A stretch of DNA of 39,944 nucleotides from a virus. Of the stretch, positions 33,259 to 39,944 are shown in pieces. Each line of letters starts with the position of its first letter. Positions within the stretch are counted from its first letter, which is position 1. The stretch spans positions 1-39,944 of IMG/VR virus record IMGVR_UViG_3300018476_000009; one strand, 5' to 3'. The notes beneath the pieces are model-generated. The model saw only the letters and a list, made by a program, of their open reading frames with translations, was not told where the DNA came from and ran no database searches. The position numbers and the translations under genes are program-made.

Positions 33259-33287
33259 TTGACAATAACGAAGCGGTTGGATATTAT
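33259..33287 (+). promoter_or_regulatory. consensus sigma70-type promoter P_C (TTGACA-17 nt-TATTAT)
   Basis: TTGACA 33259-64 and TATTAT 33282-87. The ATG of the next gene starts 7 nt after the -10 (33294), so a leaderless mRNA is predicted. Shares AAGCGGTT-NGG-TATTATCT with P_D. Confidence 0.65.
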
Positions 33288-33293
33288 CTCTGT

Positions 33294-33479
33294 ATGGACA
33301 TCAAAGATTTGCGCGAGGGGCAACTGGTCAACCGAGCAACCACTGGGAAAACCTACGTGGTGCGAGGCGATTACTGGCATCAGCCCATCGTTGTAAACGG
33401 TAAGGTGAGTGTGGTTGGAACGCGCAACGACGCGCCGTATGGTCGCATGATGATGATTCCCGTGGCGGAACTCAAATGA
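33294..33479 (+). CDS. hypothetical small protein, probably translated from a leaderless mRNA (61 aa)
   Basis: No SD. The ATG sits at the predicted transcription start of P_C. Locally lower GC. Confidence 0.5.
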   Translation: MDIKDLREGQLVNRATTGKTYVVRGDYWHQPIVVNGKVSVVGTRNDAPYGRMMMIPVAELK

Positions 33480-33910
33480 GCGAAACCATCCCGCGCAGGT
33501 GTCGGCTTGACACGATGACCGTGGCTGAGCGCGCCATTTTTACGGCCATACAGGCCGTCGAAGATCTCCCTGCTGATGGGCGGCTCACAGATGCGGTTGT
33601 GTTGCTACAAGAGGCGCGCACGTCCGTAGGCGACTACGTTGACGCGGTTCCAAGACGAGAATCGCCACTCGCTAAGGCCAATGCCGCCGTTTTGCGGAGC
33701 CTCGACCGAAGAGATGTGCTTGATGCTGAACTCACCGAACTGCGTGCGCGTTGCGCCGAGTTGGTCGCGGATCGGGATGACATCGTGGAAGCGATCGCGG
33801 ATTATGTCAGCCATCTACGCGACGACTCCGAAAGCGCGGTGATCGCGGCAGTGGCCAAGGCGATCCGATCGCGGTTCATCAATCCCTTACACCACAAGTT
33901 GAGGCGCTGA
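33476..33910 (+). CDS. hypothetical helical protein (144 aa)
   Basis: ATGA overlap. Confidence 0.5.
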   Translation: MSETIPRRCRLDTMTVAERAIFTAIQAVEDLPADGRLTDAVVLLQEARTSVGDYVDAVPRRESPLAKANAAVLRSLDRRDVLDAELTELRARCAELVADRDDIVEAIADYVSHLRDDSESAVIAAVAKAIRSRFINPLHHKLRR

Positions 33911-34059
33911 TGGCGCGGAAGAATCCCGCGGCGATGGCCCTCGGAAAACTCGGTGGTCGTGCGAAGTCAGACGCCAAGACGAAAGCAGCTCGCGAGAACG
34001 CGAAGCGCGGAGGATGGCCCAAAGGCAAGAAGCGCGGCCCTCGCAAGTCTTCAGGTTGA
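33910..34059 (+). CDS. small Lys/Arg-rich protein, paralogue 1 (49 aa)
   Basis: TGATG overlap. Hand translation MARKNPAAMALGKLGGRAKSDAKTKAARENAKRGGWPKGKKRGPRKSSG. Paralogous to 35986..36126. Confidence 0.55.
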   Translation: MARKNPAAMALGKLGGRAKSDAKTKAARENAKRGGWPKGKKRGPRKSSG

Positions 34060-34073
34060 GAGGCGGTGTTCTG

Positions 34074-34514
34074 ATGGGATCGTGGAAGTTTACGGACCAG
34101 GAAGCAATCATCGTGGAATTACAGCAGCGTCTCTCTGAGGTAGAAGCCGAGCGGGACTTGCTGAAGGAAATCATCGGCACGTATGACGGTGACGGGGTAT
34201 CCGCTGACTGTTCGCTGGCAATCGCCACACTCCAGAGTGAAACCGGTGGCGAGGTGAACTACTCACGGGCTGACCGCGAGATTCACGACGCGCTCGCCCG
34301 TGGCGTAGACGCAGGGCGACAAGTGACTCAACTATTGGCCGATCAGGAGCGGATGCGAGAGGCGCTGGTGAAGTGGGGAAAGCATCCTGCGACGTGTCCG
34401 AAGGGGGTGGGACTTGGCTACTACGTGCCAAGGGTGGACGCGGTATGTAACTGCGGCATCGACGCTGCCCTGTCCCCTCCGAGACAGCCAAAGGAGTCCC
34501 TCCCCCATGCGTGA
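34074..34514 (+). CDS. hypothetical coiled-coil protein with a C-terminal Cys cluster (146 aa)
   Basis: ATG 34074 with GAGAGG upstream; the track start overlaps the previous small gene. ...HPATCPKG...VCNCG. Confidence 0.5.
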   Translation: MGSWKFTDQEAIIVELQQRLSEVEAERDLLKEIIGTYDGDGVSADCSLAIATLQSETGGEVNYSRADREIHDALARGVDAGRQVTQLLADQERMREALVKWGKHPATCPKGVGLGYYVPRVDAVCNCGIDAALSPPRQPKESLPHA

Positions 34515-34884
34515 ACAGACCCTCGTTCAGCGCATCAAAGCCCGTCGAACGAACGGTGGTGAGCCATGCCCTGAATACGTGCCGAAGAAGCCGGAGGACT
34601 ACGGCTACGGCTCATGTAAACGGTGCGGTTGGGCCGAACCCGAACACTGCATCGACCAACTCCTTGGCGCTGTAACCACCCTCACCGCACGGTGCGAGGC
34701 GCTGGAGCAGGCGAACGCACGCCAGCAATCGCTGTTCAATGACCTGTTCCTGCTCTGCACAGCGGACTACGAGACGGTGGTGACACGCTTTGCCGAGAGT
34801 CGCCTGCGCGATGACAGCAACCGCGTCAACTACATGGCTGAACTACTGGCCGATGTCGCAACAACCGAAGGAGCACCCGAATGA
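34507..34884 (+). CDS. hypothetical protein with an N-terminal Cys cluster and a coiled coil (125 aa)
   Basis: AAGGAG upstream. 8-nt overlap with the previous gene. CPEY...CKRCGW...HC. Confidence 0.5.
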   Translation: MREQTLVQRIKARRTNGGEPCPEYVPKKPEDYGYGSCKRCGWAEPEHCIDQLLGAVTTLTARCEALEQANARQQSLFNDLFLLCTADYETVVTRFAESRLRDDSNRVNYMAELLADVATTEGAPE

Positions 34885-35483
34885 AACTCCCGAGCGCCGT
34901 GCTTGCCACTCGAGACCGCTACGTCGAGACCTTCCCCCTGTGGACGATGCCCGAAGGCCCAGCCGCCGAAGACCAGGCCCGTCAGTGGACGCTCGGCCTC
35001 GTCTCCCAGATTGTCTTCGAGCACGGCACCACCTACGGCTCGAAACGTGCGGACCCGAATCGGCCCATCAGTAAGGACGGCCTCGCGCAACAGCAAGGTG
35101 CCACGCTCCTCGTCTGGGACATGTTGTCCGCTGCAGGAACCGGCTCGCCCAGCCTGAACCAGAACCCGGACAGTCAGGACATCACCGGGCAAATCTACGA
35201 GCACGTCGAGGGCCGCGACATCATCGGCGGGGCGCCGGACATCGACGAACCCGACCCGCCCTCGAGCGGCTGCCCGCCCTACGACGACAACCAGGCGGTG
35301 GCGTTTGGCTCGGCCTGTAACGAGGTCTACAACCAGACATCCAGCCCCATTGACCCCGGCATGATTGCGGTCCAGTCGATGCGCTGCCAGTGGGACTACT
35401 GCTGCGGCGGGTTGACGTGGGACGAGTCCTACACGAAGCACATTAATGAGCTGCGCGCGATTTATTCGCTGCCGCCGATTTAG
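34881..35483 (+). CDS. hypothetical protein (200 aa)
   Basis: ATGA overlap with strong GAAGGAG. Cys-rich C-terminus (RCQWDYCCGG). No catalytic motif recognised. Confidence 0.55.
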   Translation: MKLPSAVLATRDRYVETFPLWTMPEGPAAEDQARQWTLGLVSQIVFEHGTTYGSKRADPNRPISKDGLAQQQGATLLVWDMLSAAGTGSPSLNQNPDSQDITGQIYEHVEGRDIIGGAPDIDEPDPPSSGCPPYDDNQAVAFGSACNEVYNQTSSPIDPGMIAVQSMRCQWDYCCGGLTWDESYTKHINELRAIYSLPPI

Positions 35484-35486
35484 ATG

Positions 35487-35515
35487 TTGACACAAGCCAA
35501 GCGGTTCGGTATTAT
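35487..35515 (+). promoter_or_regulatory. consensus sigma70-type promoter P_D (TTGACA-17 nt-TATTAT), paralogue of P_C
   Basis: TTGACA 35487-92 and TATTAT 35510-15. 11 of 17 spacer positions are identical to P_C, including AAGCGGTT. Confidence 0.65.
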
Positions 35516-35561
35516 CTTCTCATCGGGTCGGCACTGACGCCCACCGACGGGGAGAGACGAG

Positions 35562-35759
35562 ATGACGATTGAAACGCAGACAGGCCAGGTCGTGACGATT
35601 CGCACACGGGAAGTCGGCCAGAAGTTCGGCGTCGTGGGCGAAGTGGTCTCGCGGAATGGACGGGTATTGGCGACGACGGAGACCTACCCCTACGGGTTCG
35701 ACAATCAGGCGCATCTCGCGGCGGTGAAGTTGGCCGTCGCTTACGGACAGGTGCGCTAA
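35562..35759 (+). CDS. hypothetical small protein, weakly YegP/DUF1508-like (65 aa)
   Basis: GGGGAGAG RBS. ...SRNGRVLATTETYPYGFDNQAHLAAVKLAV loosely recalls the NG..I..S..Y......A...I motif. Confidence 0.45.
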   Translation: MTIETQTGQVVTIRTREVGQKFGVVGEVVSRNGRVLATTETYPYGFDNQAHLAAVKLAVAYGQVR

Positions 35760-35986
35760 TGGACGCGCAGGGGCGTGCCCGGCTGACCGAGATTCTCAAC
35801 CAGCACGACGCGGTGGCTCGGGCGCTCCGCACCGGCAGTGATGCCTTTGACCAGCTCATAGTGGACTTGCAGTCCGTGGCAACCATGACTCATGCCGCCA
35901 ATGAGGCGCAGCGGGTCGCCATTGATGCCCTGCTGGCGGCGAACCGCGCCGCGCTGTCGCTCCTCAACGACGAGGAGGGACGCTGA
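35759..35986 (+). CDS. hypothetical helical protein (75 aa)
   Basis: TAATG overlap. Confidence 0.45.
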   Translation: MDAQGRARLTEILNQHDAVARALRTGSDAFDQLIVDLQSVATMTHAANEAQRVAIDALLAANRAALSLLNDEEGR

Positions 35987-36126
35987 TGGCGAAGCATCCC
36001 GCCGCCGTCGCGCTCGGGAGACTCGGCGGCCAAGCCAAGTCGGCCGCGAAAACGAAAGCCGCTCGCGCGAACGCGAAGAAAGGCGGATGGCCGAAAGGCC
36101 GCAAGCGGAAGGCACCGGATGACTGA
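35986..36126 (+). CDS. small Lys/Arg-rich protein, paralogue 2 (46 aa)
   Basis: TGATG overlap. Hand translation MAKHPAAVALGRLGGQAKSAAKTKAARANAKKGGWPKGRKRKAPDD. Confidence 0.55.
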   Translation: MAKHPAAVALGRLGGQAKSAAKTKAARANAKKGGWPKGRKRKAPDD

Positions 36127-36334
36127 GCGAGACGTGCGCCGCGAGTTTGTCGCCATTCAGCAGGCGTCCCAACGCGCCTCGGACCGCGCCTATGCCGAAG
36201 GCGACGATAGCCTCATCCTGCTGAGTGGGCTGCTCACGGCCATCTCGGCTATCTGCGCCCTCGCCATCGCGGGCATCGACCAGGGTGAAGTCACCGCGCC
36301 GCCCCTGTCCATCGTCTGGCGGAAAGAGTCCTAA
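36119..36334 (+). CDS. small protein with one TM helix (71 aa)
   Basis: 8-nt overlap with the previous gene. SLILLSGLLTAISAICALAIAGI. Last gene before the terminase genes. Confidence 0.5.
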   Translation: MTERDVRREFVAIQQASQRASDRAYAEGDDSLILLSGLLTAISAICALAIAGIDQGEVTAPPLSIVWRKES

Positions 36335-36346
36335 TGGGACCAAACA

Positions 36347-36388
36347 CGCGTCAAAGTTACGTAGTTCTGTCCCATAATCGCGTCAAAG
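36347..36388. repeat. 10-bp direct repeat CGCGTCAAAG x2, 32 bp apart, upstream of the terS-like gene
   Basis: Copies at 36347-56 and 36379-88, in the 104-bp AT-richer gap before ATG 36439. Confidence 0.6.
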
Positions 36389-36438
36389 CGCGAACATGTT
36401 ACGCGGTGCGGTTCATTCTGTCGGACAAAGGCTGACGC

Positions 36439-36849
36439 ATGAGTAAACATGCCCCGCGTGGGCCTATCAAAGCGCGGGACCACTTGGCCCAACCGGACCC
36501 CTTAGCCCTTCCGCCCTCGGGTATCGGGCGAGGCGTTCGCTGCACCGCGCACAGTAAGCGCACCGGCAAGCCCTGCCCGATGCCGGCCATTGCCGGCGGC
36601 ACCGTCTGCCGGATGCACGGAGGCGCCGCGCCACAAGTGCTCGCTTCGGCCCGCGAGCGGTTCCTGCAACGCCAGCCGCAAGCCTTCGTGGTGCTCGATA
36701 CCCTGCTGGCCCGCGAGGAGTTCCCCACCGTGCAGATGCAGGCCGTGCGCGAAGTGTTCGACCGCACCGAAGGCAAAGCCGCGCAGCCCGTGGCGGTCAC
36801 CGGCGGCGATGGCGGCCCGCTCATCATCGAAGTGCGCCGCCCGTGGTAA
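36439..36849 (+). CDS. putative small terminase subunit or DNA-binding protein (136 aa)
   Basis: Lies just upstream of terL. N-terminal Cys/His motif RCTAHSKRTGKPCPMPAIAGGTVCRMHGG, then ...VQMQAVREVFDRTEGK resembling terS helices. The call is mainly positional. Confidence 0.45.
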   Translation: MSKHAPRGPIKARDHLAQPDPLALPPSGIGRGVRCTAHSKRTGKPCPMPAIAGGTVCRMHGGAAPQVLASARERFLQRQPQAFVVLDTLLAREEFPTVQMQAVREVFDRTEGKAAQPVAVTGGDGGPLIIEVRRPW

Positions 36850-36968
36850 TCACGGTCACCGTCCTGGTGCTCGTCGTCGCCGGGGCCATGCTCGCGATTG
36901 GCTTGGCCGGCTGGCGGGATGGACGCTGAAAAGCCCCGCCAAATGACCCCTCACCACAGGCTGGACAC

Positions 36969-38267
36969 ATGCCCGTCGTCACCCTGAACTACGAGCCGCG
37001 CCCGCACGCCGTCGAGATTCACCGCGGCATGGACAAGCACCGCTTCGGCGCGGTGGTGGCGCATCGTAGATTCGGAAAAACTGTGTGCGCGGTGATGCAC
37101 CTGATCGTCTGCTGCCTCGAGAACAAACGGCCGCATCCCGTCCCGCGCTACGCCTTCATCGCGCCCTTCCTCGGCCAAGCCAAGACCGCCGCATGGGAAT
37201 ACCTGACCTACTACACGCAGGCCATCCCCGGCGCCGTGGCGATGGTCTCCGAGCTGAAGGTGACCTTCCCGCATGGGGGCTACGTGCGGCTGTTCGGCGC
37301 GGACAACCCGCAAGCGTTTCGTGGCGGCTACTGGGACGGCGTGGTGTTCGATGAGTTTGGGGAGCAGCCGCCGAACATCTACAGCGAGATTCTGCGGCCG
37401 TCACTCAGCGACTACAGCGGGTGGGCGCTGTTTTTGGGAACCCCGGCTGGCAAGAACCAGTTCTATGAGACCGTGCAGCAGGCCAAGCACGACCCCGCCT
37501 GGTATTACGCCGAGTTCAAAGCCAGTCAGACCGGCATCATCCCGGCGTCGGAGCTGGCGCTGGCCGCCAAGGACATGACTGCGGACGAGTATGCCCAAGA
37601 ATACGAGTGCAGTTTTGAAGCGTCGGTCAAGGGCGCCATATACGCCGGAGAGTTGGCAGGGGCGCGTGATGGCGGCCGTATCGGCCGCGTTCCCGTGGAC
37701 CCGATCCTCCCGGTGGATACCCACTGGGATCTCGGCGTGGGAGACGCCACAGCCATCTGGTTCTCCCAGTCTTTGCGTTCAGGTGAGCTTCGAGTCGTGG
37801 ACTACTACGAAGCCAGCGGCGAAGGCTTACCGCACTACGCGCAGATGCTGTCAGCCAAGGGCTACACCTACCGGCAGCACTGGGCGCCGTTCGACATCGA
37901 AGTCAAAGAGCTAGGGACGGGACGCAGCCGGCTTGAGGTGGCGCGCTCGCTGGGCATCAATTTCAAGATCGTGCCGCAGATTGGCGTCGAGGACGGCATT
38001 CATGCCGCCCGGATGCTGTTCCCGCGCTGCTGGTTCGATGAGGGGCGGTGCTCGGCCGGCCTCGAGGCGCTGCAGCACTACCGAAGGGACTACAACACTA
38101 GGCTCAACGAGTTCAAGGCGACGCCTGTCCATAATTGGGCCTCACACGCCGCAGACGCGTGGCGCTACCTGGCGGTGAGCCAGCAGACGCCGAAGGAGAA
38201 GGTGAAGCCGCGGCACCAGACCGGCCTCTACGGCAGCGGCCAGCATGATCATGGGTGGTTGGGATGA
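36969..38267 (+). CDS. terL: terminase large subunit (432 aa)
   Basis: Walker A-like AHRRFGKT, Walker B-like WDGVVFDEFG, and a nuclease-half pattern ...THWDLGVGDATAIWFSQ...EVARSLGINF. Confidence 0.85.
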   Translation: MPVVTLNYEPRPHAVEIHRGMDKHRFGAVVAHRRFGKTVCAVMHLIVCCLENKRPHPVPRYAFIAPFLGQAKTAAWEYLTYYTQAIPGAVAMVSELKVTFPHGGYVRLFGADNPQAFRGGYWDGVVFDEFGEQPPNIYSEILRPSLSDYSGWALFLGTPAGKNQFYETVQQAKHDPAWYYAEFKASQTGIIPASELALAAKDMTADEYAQEYECSFEASVKGAIYAGELAGARDGGRIGRVPVDPILPVDTHWDLGVGDATAIWFSQSLRSGELRVVDYYEASGEGLPHYAQMLSAKGYTYRQHWAPFDIEVKELGTGRSRLEVARSLGINFKIVPQIGVEDGIHAARMLFPRCWFDEGRCSAGLEALQHYRRDYNTRLNEFKATPVHNWASHAADAWRYLAVSQQTPKEKVKPRHQTGLYGSGQHDHGWLG

Positions 38268-38273
38268 GAGGGG

Positions 38274-38621
38274 ATGGATGACATGAAGGACGACGCGCCG
38301 CCGCTCCTGCATATGCCGACCTTGAACGACTTCTGTGACCTGCGCGACGCGCTGACGGCGATCAAAGCAGAACGGGACGAAGCACAGCAGCAACGCGCAC
38401 GCCTGCTGGAGGGTGTCCTGAAGATGGCCGAGCCATGCACATGGACGCAGGACATGGACGGGCAGTGGTCGACGGCGTGTGGCCGGTGCTGGGAGTTCAT
38501 CAACGACGGGCCGAAGGAGAACCGGACGGACTTCTGCCACGGCTGCGGCCATCCGGTGCGGGCGGTCGACTACGTCGACACGATCACCGACGAGGACGAG
38601 GCCGCACCGTCAAACGTCTGA
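38274..38621 (+). CDS. hypothetical protein with CxxC...CxxC (115 aa)
   Basis: GAGAGGGG upstream. ACGRCWEF...FCHGCGH. Confidence 0.5.
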   Translation: MDDMKDDAPPLLHMPTLNDFCDLRDALTAIKAERDEAQQQRARLLEGVLKMAEPCTWTQDMDGQWSTACGRCWEFINDGPKENRTDFCHGCGHPVRAVDYVDTITDEDEAAPSNV

Positions 38622-38634
38622 CATCGTCAAACGG

Positions 38635-38671
38635 TTGACACTGCGTCAGGGATGTGGATACTTCCTACACA
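38635..38671 (+). promoter_or_regulatory. promoter P_B, paralogue of P_A (TTGACA-16 nt-GATACT plus conserved box)
   Basis: TTGACA 38635-40 and GATACT 38657-62. GATGTGGATACTT-N-CTACACA is identical to 3074-3094. The upstream elements CTGACAT, CGTCAAA and ACGG are also shared with P_A. Confidence 0.6.
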
Positions 38672-38678
38672 CCCTGAC

Positions 38679-39071
38679 ATGGCGCGTACTCCTCAATCGC
38701 CTGTCTCCTCGTCTGCCGTTGATACCCTGCGGCAGCTCGACGCCTACCTCGCCGTCAAAACCCTGTTCCACGAGATTGCCAACAACCGGCGCTACCTGCT
38801 GAAGGTGGTGCTGGGGGGCCGCTATACCTTCTGGCGCGCGTTCGAGCGCGAGTTCCGCGGCCTCCAGGTGCAGCCGGGGGTGATGGACGCGATGTGGGCC
38901 TATTTCGAGCACCACGCGGGCCACGGCAACCTGAAGGAAGAACTGGGTGTGCTCCTCGCGCAGCAGGCCGACGCACAGGCTGAGTCCGCGATCGATGTCG
39001 ACCAACTGGTGCGCGACATTGTGCGCGTGGATGACGGGGCGCCGATGGGACCGGACGGACGGGTGCATTGA
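38679..39071 (+). CDS. hypothetical protein (130 aa)
   Basis: First ATG after P_B, with a ~10-nt leader and no SD. The track start (GTG 38652) lies inside the promoter. Confidence 0.5.
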   Translation: MARTPQSPVSSSAVDTLRQLDAYLAVKTLFHEIANNRRYLLKVVLGGRYTFWRAFEREFRGLQVQPGVMDAMWAYFEHHAGHGNLKEELGVLLAQQADAQAESAIDVDQLVRDIVRVDDGAPMGPDGRVH

Positions 39072-39295
39072 TGGCGACTCGGTATCGCTGCGAGTGCGGT
39101 CGCTGGGCCTGCGTGACGAATCCACTGGGCACCATTCCGGTGTTTTGCCTCCCGTGTTGGTATCGCCACTGGCGCGGGTATGTGGACAGCCTGCGAGGCT
39201 ATGTCGGGGACTGTAGCTGGGACGAAGCCTCCGCCGTGGTGCGCGGCGAGATCGCCTTTGAATCGCTGCCGGACCGCGAGTGGTATCCCGCGTGA
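39071..39295 (+). CDS. small Cys/Trp-rich protein (74 aa)
   Basis: TGATG overlap. CECG...C...CLPC. Confidence 0.45.
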   Translation: MATRYRCECGRWACVTNPLGTIPVFCLPCWYRHWRGYVDSLRGYVGDCSWDEASAVVRGEIAFESLPDREWYPA

Positions 39296-39944
39296 GCAAA
39301 GACCCCTCGCAGAAGCCGAAGAAGCTCGAGCAAGCCCTGAAGCGGTTCAAGGTCGGCGACGACGCCACGAAGGCGCAAGCGGACCGGGAACTGGCCGCGC
39401 TGACCTTCGAGAGCGGCGACCAGTGGCCCGCGTGGGTGAAGCGGTCCCGCGAAGGCGCGAATCCCGGCGGGGACACGAACCCCGGCGCGCGGCCGATGCT
39501 GACCATCAGCCAGATTGACCAGCCCGTCCAGCAGATCATCAACCAGCAGAAGAATGCCGACCTCGGCATCACCATCAGCCCGACCGGGGACGCCTCTGTT
39601 GAGGACGCCGAGATTCGGCAGGGGCTGATTCGGCATATTCAGGTGCAGTCGCGAGCGCAGTTGGCGCGGGACTGGGCGTATGAGCGGGCGGTGAAGTGCG
39701 GGCGCGGGTTCTACGAGGTGTGCAAGGCGTGGTCGGATGACCCCGCGCAGCCGTTCGACCAGGAGCTGCGGGTGCGCCGGATTCTCGACCAGAGCAAGGT
39801 GATGGTGGACCCGTTCGCGCAGGAACCCGATGCGTGCGACGGCGACTGGGCGTTCAAGTGGTCCGACTACCCGGAGGACCGCTTCCAGCGGGAGTTCCCG
39901 AAGGCGAAACTGGCGCAGGCGAGCAGCCAGGAGCTCGAGGCCGA
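39292..39944 (+). CDS. portal protein, 5' portion (continues at base 124 after removing the terminal overlap)
   Basis: GTG 39292 overlaps the previous stop (GTGA). The frame stays open to the end of the window. Hand translation VSKDPSQKPKKLEQALKRFKVGDDATKAQADRELAALTFESGDQWPAWVKRSRE... Absent from the ORF track because it has no stop in the window. Confidence 0.8.
   Translation, partial: MSKDPSQKPKKLEQALKRFKVGDDATKAQADRELAALTFESGDQWPAWVKRSREGANPGGDTNPGARPMLTISQIDQPVQQIINQQKNADLGITISPTGDASVEDAEIRQGLIRHIQVQSRAQLARDWAYERAVKCGRGFYEVCKAWSDDPAQPFDQELRVRRILDQSKVMVDPFAQEPDACDGDWAFKWSDYPEDRFQREFPKAKLAQASSQELEA
39822..39944. repeat. terminal direct repeat copy 2, identical to 1..123
   Basis: Same comparison as copy 1. 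The repeat lies inside the portal reading frame. Confidence 0.95.

Noticed and set aside
36843-36929. 28-aa mini-ORF with a single hydrophobic helix (VVITVTVLVLVVAGAMLAIGLAGWRDGR) between terS-like and terL, starting at a GTG that overlaps the terS stop.
   Set aside because: It is too short to support from sequence alone and could be a chance hydrophobic reading of GC-rich DNA. It is worth a look only if ribosome profiling data exist.

Overview
This window looks like a complete, circularly closed genome of a GC-rich (mid-60s % by eye) temperate tailed phage. Bases 1-123 are identical to bases 39822-39944, which leaves 39,821 unique bp, and the sequence is linearised inside the portal gene. 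Almost every gene is on the + strand and tightly packed, with many ATGA, GTGA and TGATG stop/start overlaps.

Gene order around the circle:
- Packaging: terS-like and terL.
- Head: P22-type portal, scaffold, P22-type coat, and a head-spike-like trio.
- Neck and tail: gp4-like adaptor, gp10-like tail hub, and a mosaic hub/fibre locus.
- Five low-complexity internal or ejection-type proteins, then small membrane or secreted proteins.
- Lysogeny: an AT-richer attP-like gap, a minus-strand integrase block with a CI-like repressor, and a divergent Cro-like switch.
- Early genes: RecT, YqaJ-type exonuclease, NinB-like protein, a small HNH, a replication protein with an internal iteron cluster, a short C5-methyltransferase-like protein and a DUF1064 protein.
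- Two small-gene modules driven by near-identical promoters.

The hub/fibre locus (about 7.85-17.8 kb) is the most unusual part.
- The gp10-type hub gene stops at its domain boundary. Its C-terminal domain reappears twice downstream, once as a stand-alone ORF and once fused to a different 537-aa protein.
- A second module of about 55 aa is shared among three fibre ORFs.
- Three unrelated homing-endonuclease-type genes sit on the opposite strand exactly at module boundaries. Each has a -10-like element directly against its start codon.

I could not recognise an endolysin. All family assignments rest on motif recognition from memory plus gene order, and no search was run.
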